DNA of 25,218 bases, taken from positions 64,001-89,218 of IMG/VR virus record IMGVR_UViG_3300035492_000080; one strand, written 5' to 3'. Positions 1 to 6,333 of the stretch are shown here, in pieces. The position numbers and the translations under genes are program-made. The stretch's first letter is position 1. Each line of letters begins with the position of its first letter. The DNA is from a virus. Lineage: Duplodnaviria; Heunggongvirae; Uroviricota; Caudoviricetes. The notes below the pieces were generated by a model. It was not told where the DNA came from. It saw nothing but the letters and a program-made list of their open reading frames with translations, and made no database searches.

Positions 1-219
1 TTGAATCTCTTCAAGAGCGAAGATGGCTTCACCCTGCTCCACCTTTTCCACTCGCACAATACTAACACCAGTACGCTTAGACAGCTCCCCAACTGTCAGA
101 CCCAATGCTTCGCGTCTTTCCTTGATGTTGATGCCAATATCCTTGCGGAGCCATTGGGCATGTACGGCTTTCTCATAGGCAGAGAGTTTTACTTCCGAGC
201 TAACTTCAATGTTACCCAC
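1..219 (-). CDS. Xre/Cro-family helix-turn-helix protein (3' end truncated by window edge)
   Basis: Not in the ORF track. Hand translation from GTG at 219: MGNIEVSSEVKLSAYEKAVHAQWLRKDIGINIKERREALGLTVGELSKRTGVSYCASEKVEQGEAIFALEEIQ. IKERREALGLTVGELSKRTGVS...EQG is the classic Xre HTH pattern. AGGAG RBS at 228-232. Confidence 0.85.
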   Translation of the reverse strand, partial: MGNIEVSSEVKLSAYEKAVHAQWLRKDIGINIKERREALGLTVGELSKRTGVSIVRVEKVEQGEAIFALEEIQ

Positions 220-262
220 TACTGCTACTCCTAAAGAGTGTTGTGCTGTGTTGTTGGAGCTA

Positions 263-291
263 ATTGTAGTGGGTGACAAATGGGAAAGCAA
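263..291 (-). promoter_or_regulatory. sigma70-like promoter for the HTH gene
   Basis: Minus strand TTGCTT-N17-TACAAT. Confidence 0.7.
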
Positions 292-367
292 TAGGTTCCA
301 CAAAAAATTCGACGTTTTTGTGACAATGCTAAAATGATGGCCATAGAGAATGCCTATTGCTTTCCCA
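281..367. repeat. 15-bp perfect inverted repeat with a nested shorter one
   Basis: tgggaaagcaatagg (281-295) is the reverse complement of cctattgctttccca (353-367). cacaaaaa...tttttgtg lies between the arms. Confidence 0.85.
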
Positions 368-372
368 AGGCG

Positions 373-397
373 AAAAAAAGGGCCATCACTGGCCCTT
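373..397 (-). terminator. Rho-independent terminator for the leftward unit
   Basis: Minus strand AAGGGCCAGTGATGGCCCTTTTTTT: GC stem followed by a T run, 24 nt past the stop at 421. Confidence 0.85.
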
Positions 398-420
398 GAA
401 GCATTCCATTACTTTCGAGG

Positions 421-621
421 TTAGCCCACCATAAGGGGTTTAGCCTTGACAGCATCTTCCCTTGCTTCAGCATAGTGAGGAAAGTCATTGACTTCCATCT
501 CATACAGTTTGGTTACTCGGTACTTACCGTCCATCTTCTGAATCTGACTGACGGCCCGATTATCCTTGTAGACAATGCGTACATCAGGGGAATTCTTGGC
601 GAACTTGACGATAGTGCTCAT
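421..621 (-). CDS. small hypothetical protein (66 aa)
   Basis: Start reassigned to ATG at 621 (MSTIVKFAK) because AGGAGAGG lies just upstream and the longer ORF start overlaps the promoter. Confidence 0.75.
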   Translation of the reverse strand: MSTIVKFAKNSPDVRIVYKDNRAVSQIQKMDGKYRVTKLYEMEVNDFPHYAEAREDAVKAKPLMVG

Positions 622-664
622 GGTGCCTCTCCTAGTCATCTCGGTTGAGATATGTTGTGAGGCA

Positions 665-693
665 AGAGTAAAGCCCCATTCGTCGGGAGTCAA
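665..693 (-). promoter_or_regulatory. sigma70-like promoter
   Basis: Minus strand TTGACT-N17-TACTCT. Confidence 0.7.
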
Positions 694-718
694 CACCAAC
701 ACACTACCGTTCGTCGGG
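676..718. repeat. 12-bp direct repeat pair (operator-like)
   Basis: ccattcgtcggg (676-687) and ccgttcgtcggg (707-718), 31 bp apart, flanking the -35 box. Confidence 0.75.
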
Positions 719-725
719 TTTTGAT

Positions 726-1058
726 CTAGGTCATCATCTTTAGAAAATTCAACACCTCTTCTATATTGTCTGCGAGTTTTTCCCTAACCTCTTCGTTTTC
801 TGTTGACAACCTCATACAGACTCTATCCAAACTCCAATCGGCTGATATAAAGTATGGTGTTAGGGTGGTGGAATTTCCATCAGCCTTCCTTTGGAGGATG
901 TAACCAACTACATCGGTCTTATTGCTACCATCAACTACAACATATTTTATTTCTGAAACATCTGTCGAGAAGTTCCCTACGAAATCTTTAATTATTACAC
1001 CTTCATACATCTCAGTAAAATAATCACAAGGGTTATTCCACGCCACATCAACCACCAC
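726..1058 (-). CDS. hypothetical protein, paralog of 1048-1389
   Basis: ORF overlapping its neighbour; shared C-terminal S-x-D-xx-LDR...L-xx-N-xx-EV-x-NFL. Confidence 0.75.
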   Translation of the reverse strand: MVVDVAWNNPCDYFTEMYEGVIIKDFVGNFSTDVSEIKYVVVDGSNKTDVVGYILQRKADGNSTTLTPYFISADWSLDRVCMRLSTENEEVREKLADNIEEVLNFLKMMT

Positions 1059-1389
1059 TAATTAAAGAAAGGAAATTTTTAACTTCTTTCCAATTTTTTA
1101 TAAGAGATAGCATTTCTTCGTGATCAAGGGATGCTGCCAACACCATTATTCTATCAAGATCATGATCCATGCTTAAGTAAAACCCTCCGTTGCGCCGATC
1201 TTCATGAGGGCTATAAACTCTTATCATCTCTCCCTGAGTATTGCTGTGAATTTCAATCCCTGAATCAAAAACATCAAAAAGTTGGCGAAAATCTTCACCT
1301 TTATTAATCAACTTTAAATCTTGAGAGTTAAGGTGTTCAGATAAAGATGATACCAAATCAGAAGCTTTTTTAAAAGCAAATGATGACAT
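1048..1389 (-). CDS. hypothetical protein, paralog of 726-1058
   Basis: ATG directly follows the upstream TAA (TAAATG, translational coupling); shared C-terminal motif. Confidence 0.8.
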   Translation of the reverse strand: MSSFAFKKASDLVSSLSEHLNSQDLKLINKGEDFRQLFDVFDSGIEIHSNTQGEMIRVYSPHEDRRNGGFYLSMDHDLDRIMVLAASLDHEEMLSLIKNWKEVKNFLSLISGG

Positions 1390-1530
1390 TTAATCTTCCT
1401 TTGATTGCCACATATCTTTACGGCTTTTCCGTTGATCACGGAATTGGCGGTGTTGCTTGCGCTGCTCCTTTTTAGCCTCTTCATATTCACGATCAGAATC
1501 GAATTGTTTGGCGAAAAGTTGCTTGCTCAT
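1390..1530 (-). CDS. small charged, basic-tailed protein (46 aa)
   Basis: Below ORF-track cutoff: MSKQLFAKQFDSDREYEEAKKEQRKQHRQFRDQRKSRKDMWQSKED. AGGAG RBS at 1536-1540; first gene behind a strong promoter. Confidence 0.8.
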   Translation of the reverse strand: MSKQLFAKQFDSDREYEEAKKEQRKQHRQFRDQRKSRKDMWQSKED

Positions 1531-1603
1531 AAAATCTCCTAATGTTGTGTTCGGTATTATTGCCTTTGGTAGGATCGGGGATTAATCCCTCTTCTCTGGC
1601 GAC

Positions 1604-1632
1604 CATTCTAGCTGGAAAAAATTTCGTGTCAA
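1604..1632 (-). promoter_or_regulatory. strong sigma70-like promoter with A-tract UP element
   Basis: Minus strand TTGACA-N17-TAGAAT, preceded by an A run. Confidence 0.85.
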
Positions 1633-1696
1633 CAGGATTTTTTTTTCTTAGAGAAAATTATTTTTCTTTCATTCCTCCATCAGAATGTTGAGCTGT

Positions 1697-1789
1697 CTAG
1701 TGCAGCTCGCTCCCATATTTCTGCCCAATGTGAGCCATCGAAGCAAAGATGAAAGCTTTGTTTTTAAGCCACTTATCTGCGCTTGACAT
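1697..1789 (-). CDS. possible 30-aa peptide (may be a degraded gene)
   Basis: MSSADKWLKNKAFIFASMAHIGQKYGSELH; ATG abuts the stop of 1790-2206, with GGAG upstream. Confidence 0.4.
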   Translation of the reverse strand: MSSADKWLKNKAFIFASMAHIGQKYGSELH

Positions 1790-2206
1790 TTATTTCTCCA
1801 CAATCCGTACACAGAAACCGCCGTAGTAACCATTGTGCTCATTATGACATACTAACTGGATAACACCTTTGCTTGTAAAGATGTTGCAATATTCTGTTTC
1901 GTGGACTTCATAACCATCTTCATCATCACCACCAGCAACAATTTGAACAAATCTCAGAAATGCACCCTCATGAAATTCAAAATCACCCTCATCTTCACAG
2001 TGCATGTAACGGTGTTCACAACAGCTTTGTCCATGATCGCTGATAGTGATTTCCCTTCCAGATTCGAAGGAGATTAGAAGTTCGTCTCCGTCCATTATAA
2101 TTTTTGCGATTGGATCGTCTGAGAAGGAGTTTAAAAGAGTTACCTCTTCTTCATCAACACCCTCATTCCCATAGAAAACTGCATCAACATTTTTAAAATC
2201 TTCCAC
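1790..2206 (-). CDS. acidic phage protein, probable metal-binding
   Basis: GGAGG RBS and GTG start; motifs GQSCCEHRY and HNEHNGYYGG, of a type recalled from phage hypothetical proteins. Confidence 0.8.
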   Translation of the reverse strand: MEDFKNVDAVFYGNEGVDEEEVTLLNSFSDDPIAKIIMDGDELLISFESGREITISDHGQSCCEHRYMHCEDEGDFEFHEGAFLRFVQIVAGGDDEDGYEVHETEYCNIFTSKGVIQLVCHNEHNGYYGGFCVRIVEK

Positions 2207-2218
2207 TACTCCCTCCCA

Positions 2219-2386
2219 TTAGATATACAAATCAGGCTGTTCCATCTCGAAGAATTTCTTCATATCATCAGGAACCTGTTCAATGTTTTTAGGGTATTTC
2301 TTTCCAAACATACCACGCTTACGAAGCTCTGCCTTAATCTCTACACGTTTGTGGTAGTGTTCATTCTTGATCATAAGCACTTTCAT
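2219..2386 (-). CDS. small basic hypothetical protein (55 aa)
   Basis: Likely start ATG at 2386 (MKVLMIK) with GGGGA upstream; the 2407 ATG lies almost at the predicted +1. Confidence 0.6.
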   Translation of the reverse strand: MKVLMIKNEHYHKRVEIKAELRKRGMFGKKYPKNIEQVPDDMKKFFEMEQPDLYI

Positions 2387-2416
2387 AGTGTTCCCCAGAA
2401 ATCCCATCTGCCACCC

Positions 2417-2444
2417 ATTTTACACGAGTTTTCTGGTGAGTCAA
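2417..2444 (-). promoter_or_regulatory. leftward sigma70-like promoter (divergent pair 1)
   Basis: Minus strand TTGACT-N16-TAAAAT. Confidence 0.75.
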
Positions 2445-2467
2445 GAAAAATTTTTCGCAAGTATAGC

Positions 2468-2496
2468 TTGACAGCATCACGCACATACATTACCAT
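2468..2496 (+). promoter_or_regulatory. rightward sigma70-like promoter (divergent pair 1)
   Basis: TTGACA-N17-TACCAT upstream of 2526. Confidence 0.8.
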
Positions 2497-2525
2497 TGTG
2501 GCATAACTAGCTCATCGGAGGATTT

Positions 2526-2987
2526 ATGACATTCTCACCTAAAAACGCAGGAAAAGAAACACAACGTCCAAAGATTATCTGTGAGTTTGCGATCAGTATG
2601 CAGTGGGACGGGCTCAAAGCTGTACCATACGATCACGCACAGCATAGATTTTATTTCAAGTGGCCTTTCAGTGTTCAACTACCAAACACAGTGCTCAATG
2701 CGAATGGAATACCTACGGATTATGGCGTTGCAGCATTTCACGTTGCCTTTGGATTCGGGCAAAGAATGAAAGTTCTGAAGGAGAACGGCTGGCACAACTC
2801 TGGACCAATCGTGGAAAAGCGTTGCTTCCTTTTCTCTAAAAAGAGAGATGACGGCAGTGGTACAAACAAACAAATCTCCATCGCTCTCGGTTGGGATGGT
2901 AATGTTTTCCTTTGGGTGAACAGTCCAAAGGACAAGGAAGATATCATAGAACAATTAATTAATATGGTAGAAATGATTAATTATTAA
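2526..2987 (+). CDS. hypothetical protein (153 aa)
   Basis: GGAGG RBS and its own promoter; no motif recognised. Confidence 0.75.
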   Translation: MTFSPKNAGKETQRPKIICEFAISMQWDGLKAVPYDHAQHRFYFKWPFSVQLPNTVLNANGIPTDYGVAAFHVAFGFGQRMKVLKENGWHNSGPIVEKRCFLFSKKRDDGSGTNKQISIALGWDGNVFLWVNSPKDKEDIIEQLINMVEMINY

Positions 2988-3025
2988 TATATTATTAATA
3001 TAATAATTATATATAACTAATAAAA
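2976..3025. other. extremely AT-rich stretch, candidate DNA-unwinding element
   Basis: 50 bp containing a single C and no G. Confidence 0.6.
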
Positions 3026-3032
3026 GCTCTTT

Positions 3033-3061
3033 AGGGTAGCATACAAGAGTGTACTTGTCAA
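3033..3061 (-). promoter_or_regulatory. leftward extended -10 promoter with no ORF downstream (divergent pair 2)
   Basis: Minus strand TTGACA-N17-TACCCT with TG-C ahead of the -10 box. Confidence 0.6.
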
Positions 3062-3085
3062 GCCTCCACTGAAAAATAATTTCTC

Positions 3086-3113
3086 TTGACTCCCTGAAAT
3101 TTTCCTGTATGAT
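3086..3113 (+). promoter_or_regulatory. rightward sigma70-like promoter (divergent pair 2)
   Basis: TTGACT-N16-TATGAT. Confidence 0.75.
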
Positions 3114-3144
3114 TAGTGTCATTGAAATTTTTGGAGGTGTTGTG

Positions 3145-3342
3145 ATGAAAATTGAACAGCTGAGCAGGTTTGCAAAGCTCTCATATCAGGGTACGCAGGA
3201 GCAGCTAAAGGCAATGCTTGTCGATAGTCGGCTTGTGTTTCAAGATGAGTCAGGTGCATTCCTTGTTCGTGTACCTGATGAACAGGCTCTTGAGCAATTG
3301 TTGAGTATCTTAAATATGGTTGATAGTGGAAGCGATAACTGA
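3145..3342 (+). CDS. hypothetical protein (65 aa)
   Basis: GGAGG RBS supports ATG 3145 rather than 3109, which lies inside the -10 box. Confidence 0.7.
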   Translation: MKIEQLSRFAKLSYQGTQEQLKAMLVDSRLVFQDESGAFLVRVPDEQALEQLLSILNMVDSGSDN

Positions 3343-3359
3343 TTTCAGCGAGGTGTGCA

Positions 3360-3692
3360 TTGAGTAAATTTTTGTATGATGTCGTTCATGTAGTTGATGA
3401 AGACGGTACAGCAAATCTAATGACAATGAGGGGTATGGTCCTTCCCAAGGAAGTCCTAAATATTGCAAATATTCTCGGTATAGAATGCAATGAGACTGAC
3501 CATCTTGGATGGAAAGATATCAACACTATTGAGAGTATTGTAAAGCAATGCCCTGCATTAGGTATTAAAGTGGTGACTGTCCATATTGGAAGTTTAAGGA
3601 AAGATTTGGACGACTTGGGAGATTTGAGTGACGATTCAATAAGATTAAACAATTTAGAAGTTTTGCTGCAAAGATATTTGCAAGGAGATTAA
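3360..3692 (+). CDS. hypothetical protein
   Basis: GAGG RBS, TTG start, tight operon packing. Confidence 0.7.
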   Translation: MSKFLYDVVHVVDEDGTANLMTMRGMVLPKEVLNIANILGIECNETDHLGWKDINTIESIVKQCPALGIKVVTVHIGSLRKDLDDLGDLSDDSIRLNNLEVLLQRYLQGD

Positions 3693-3699
3693 GTGTAAA

Positions 3700-3918
3700 A
3701 TGAATGAAATTATAGTGTATCTATTCGACAGTGATGGTAATGAAATCATGGCCATTGCACAATATAATGTAGAATACCCTAGAGATTTTAAGGTGTTGAA
3801 TGCTCGTGTTCTTGTTAACTTTGAGTGGGTTGAAATTAATAATTTAGAGATGTTGCAGGCGCAATACGCCAATGACATTCTTCGTCAAATCAATTCGAAC
3901 GTTGAGAAGATGAGATGA
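3700..3918 (+). CDS. hypothetical protein
   Basis: GGAG RBS; ATGA overlap with the next gene. Confidence 0.7.
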   Translation: MNEIIVYLFDSDGNEIMAIAQYNVEYPRDFKVLNARVLVNFEWVEINNLEMLQAQYANDILRQINSNVEKMR

Positions 3919-4460
3919 GATTGGTAGTTCTTATACTAATCTTCTGCTTCTATGTTATTATTACTACTGGAGTTCAGGCATCCAAACCTAGAGTTAAGGA
4001 GTGGCATTCAAGTGAATTTTTCATCGATGCCCTTTCTTATACAAACTCCCCCACTACCAAGAAAAGATGGGAACTCTGCGATCAATCGAAAGACTGTAAG
4101 AAATTGGCAGAAGCTATTTATTTTGAGGCAAGGGGTGAAGGTTGGGTGGGTATGGTTGCAGTTGGCCATGTAATCATGAACCGAGTAAAATCTAAGAAAT
4201 ATAGGAACAGTGTTAAGGATGTTATTGAGCGTCCTTACCAGTTTTCCTATATCAAAGAAGTTAAAAATAAAACTATAAGAGAACCAGTAGCTTATAGGAA
4301 ATGTCTATCAGCTGCTTATAGTGTGATGTCCGGTGCTTCAAAGGATAACACCAAAGGTGCAACACACTATTTTAAAAAATCCATGCCGCGCTACCCGAAA
4401 TGGTCAAGGTCGCTTGAACGTACCGTGGCAATTAACAATCACTTATTTTTTAGGGGGTAA
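3915..4460 (+). CDS. SleB/CwlJ-like cell wall hydrolase (Hydrolase_2) with N-terminal signal/anchor
   Basis: LAEAIYFEARGE, VGHVIMNRV, YQFS, GATHYF, NHLFF; hydrophobic N-terminus. Confidence 0.92.
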   Translation: MRLVVLILIFCFYVIITTGVQASKPRVKEWHSSEFFIDALSYTNSPTTKKRWELCDQSKDCKKLAEAIYFEARGEGWVGMVAVGHVIMNRVKSKKYRNSVKDVIERPYQFSYIKEVKNKTIREPVAYRKCLSAAYSVMSGASKDNTKGATHYFKKSMPRYPKWSRSLERTVAINNHLFFRG

Positions 4461-4461
4461 T

Positions 4462-4539
4462 ATGAGCACACAGGACATTATTTTTCACACTTGGTGGGCA
4501 TTCCACTATGCGCAGTGCTGGTTCTATTCATACGTCTAG
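4462..4539 (+). CDS. tiny aromatic-rich peptide (25 aa)
   Basis: MSTQDIIFHTWWAFHYAQCWFYSYV; AGGGGG RBS; ATG 1 nt after the hydrolase stop. Confidence 0.5.
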   Translation: MSTQDIIFHTWWAFHYAQCWFYSYV

Positions 4540-4560
4540 TTTTTTTTTTTCAAAAAGGTG

Positions 4561-4588
4561 TTGACACAGCTTCTAGAGGTGTTATGAT
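4561..4588 (+). promoter_or_regulatory. strong sigma70-like promoter (extended -10)
   Basis: TTGACA-N16-TATGAT with TGT before the -10 box and T/A tracts upstream. Confidence 0.8.
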
Positions 4589-4649
4589 TCACCCATCGAA
4601 GCAACAAATGCTTCTGATCTAAACCAACTAGAAGACAGGAAGGTCAATC

Positions 4650-4853
4650 ATGGCTAGCGTGAAAGCAGTTAAAGGTGAATTCTCTGAGGTTAACGGAAGC
4701 AAGGTCCGAATTGTTCGTGATCTTAGCGGTAACATTCTCGGGACAATCACTAAGACAAGCGAGGGCTACCGTGCAACCCGCGTCAAAGATGGTAAGGTGA
4801 GAGTGAAGCCGATGTTGAAAGATGCCTTCAAAACAATTGCTCGTGCCAACTAG
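4650..4853 (+). CDS. small basic hypothetical protein (67 aa)
   Basis: AGGAAGG RBS; first gene after the promoter. Confidence 0.75.
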   Translation: MASVKAVKGEFSEVNGSKVRIVRDLSGNILGTITKTSEGYRATRVKDGKVRVKPMLKDAFKTIARAN

Positions 4854-4861
4854 GAGGAAAA

Positions 4862-5938
4862 ATGCGTAAACTTGTCAAATTGGTAGTAGTCGATAACATC
4901 GTTCCGCACACGAATGCTGATGCTTTGGAATTGGCTATCATCGGTGGTTGGCAGTGTTGCGTCAAGAAGGGTGAATTTAAGCCGGGGGATAGTGGTGTCT
5001 ATTTTGAAGTGGACAGCATGCTTCCATTGGATGTTGGATTTTTCGAATTCCTGTCCGGCCGGAATGAACGAGAGCATGAGGGACGGAAGTATGCACGAAT
5101 CAAAACAATGAAACTTCGCGGGGAACTGAGTCAGGGCTTGCTTCTGCCAATCTCTCATTTTGGTGATGTTTTTGGTGAAGCGATTCTTGGTTGGGGTGCT
5201 TTGGAAGAGGAAGACAAACTTACTGAAGTTATGCAGGTTGTGAAGTATGAACCTGCTATGCCTGCCTGCTTGGCTGGAAATGCTAAAGGAAGTTTCCCCT
5301 CTTTCATTCCGAAAACCGATCAGGAGCGTGTTCAGAATATCAAGCGGGAGTATGAGAAATGTGTTGCTTCTGGGGAACTCTTTGAAGTAACGTACAAACT
5401 CGATGGAAGCAGCTTCACAGCTTTCGCCATCAATGAGGGCGATGATTACGAAGAAGGTTTCAACCCTCGCATTGGAGTATGCTCCCGCAATCTGGAATTA
5501 AAGATTGATGAGAATGAGGGTAATGCTTTTGTTCAGACTCTCAAAAATTACAGTCTCGATGTTAAACTTCACGACTATCTGTATGAACAAGAGCGTCAAA
5601 TTGCAATCCAGGGTGAGATGGTTGGCCCCGGCATTCAAAAGAACTTTGAAGGTCTTGAAAGTGTTCAGTTGTACATTTACAATATCTTTGATATCGACAA
5701 ACAGGAGTATCTGCTTCCGAATGAAGCTCGGATGATTTGTGAAGAGCTTGATCTGGACTACGTGCCACTGTTTGATTCTCCAATGCGTCTCCCTGAGACA
5801 ATCGAGGAAGTGATTGCAATGGCTGACGGTGAAAGTGGCCTTAACGGTAAATATCGTGAGGGGCTGGTGTTCAAAAGCTTGGAACGGGATTTCTCCTTTA
5901 AGGTGATTTCCAATAAATACCTTCTGAAGGAGGAATGA
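4862..5938 (+). CDS. ATP-dependent RNA ligase, DRB0094/Rnl5 family
   Basis: N-terminal module (PHTNADALELA..GGWQCCVKKGEFKPGD.GVYFEVDS). Nucleotidyltransferase motifs KLDGSS, QGEMVG, YNIFD, EGLVFK, FKVIS. Confidence 0.9.
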   Translation: MRKLVKLVVVDNIVPHTNADALELAIIGGWQCCVKKGEFKPGDSGVYFEVDSMLPLDVGFFEFLSGRNEREHEGRKYARIKTMKLRGELSQGLLLPISHFGDVFGEAILGWGALEEEDKLTEVMQVVKYEPAMPACLAGNAKGSFPSFIPKTDQERVQNIKREYEKCVASGELFEVTYKLDGSSFTAFAINEGDDYEEGFNPRIGVCSRNLELKIDENEGNAFVQTLKNYSLDVKLHDYLYEQERQIAIQGEMVGPGIQKNFEGLESVQLYIYNIFDIDKQEYLLPNEARMICEELDLDYVPLFDSPMRLPETIEEVIAMADGESGLNGKYREGLVFKSLERDFSFKVISNKYLLKEE

Positions 5939-6249
5939 TGGGAAAGCTTGAAAAGTTTAAATACATCATGCTATACTGCTTCGCATGTGTTTCTAAAGGC
6001 TTGATTCACAAGTATTGTGCTGAATGGGATAAACAGCTAAATTACCTACTTGACACTTATGCAGAGACATCGGAGAATGTAGGCTTCACTCTGAAACTTG
6101 GGGATTTTAAGGTGTGGGTAGGACACTTCCCTTACGCGACTGGCTCTTTGTTTACTACAGGAGCACTCCGTACAGAATGGAATACTCGTCGTCGTCCATC
6201 ATTAAACACGATGTTACGGGTGATTGAAGTTTACAAAACAAACTCTTAA
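5935..6249 (+). CDS. phage hypothetical protein
   Basis: ATGA overlap with the ligase; WD..LN..LD, VW.GHFPY and RPS..T features. Confidence 0.75.
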   Translation: MMGKLEKFKYIMLYCFACVSKGLIHKYCAEWDKQLNYLLDTYAETSENVGFTLKLGDFKVWVGHFPYATGSLFTTGALRTEWNTRRRPSLNTMLRVIEVYKTNS

Positions 6250-6256
6250 ATAAAAG

Positions 6257-6285
6257 TTGCAACAGTAAAAGAAACAGTTTAAAAT
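6257..6285 (+). promoter_or_regulatory. sigma70-like promoter for the AAA+/vWA unit
   Basis: TTGCAA-N17-TAAAAT. Confidence 0.75.
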
Positions 6286-6333
6286 TAGGGCTTCAGAATA
6301 AGCCACACTTAAAATCAAAATGGAGGAAAACTA

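Noticed and set aside
1-234. Plus-strand 77-aa ORF in the track
   Set aside because: It is the shadow of a minus-strand ORF that has an RBS, a promoter and a clear HTH motif
1658-1678. GGAGG followed by mini-ORF MKEK
   Set aside because: Only 1 nt between SD and ATG, too short for initiation
2679-2954. Minus-strand ORF as the target of the 3033-3061 promoter
   Set aside because: No RBS, fully antisense to a better-supported gene, and no protein-like motif
4538-4550. Long T run as an intrinsic terminator or assembly artefact
   Set aside because: No preceding GC hairpin, flanking ORFs are intact, and it fits better as the UP element of the 4561 promoter
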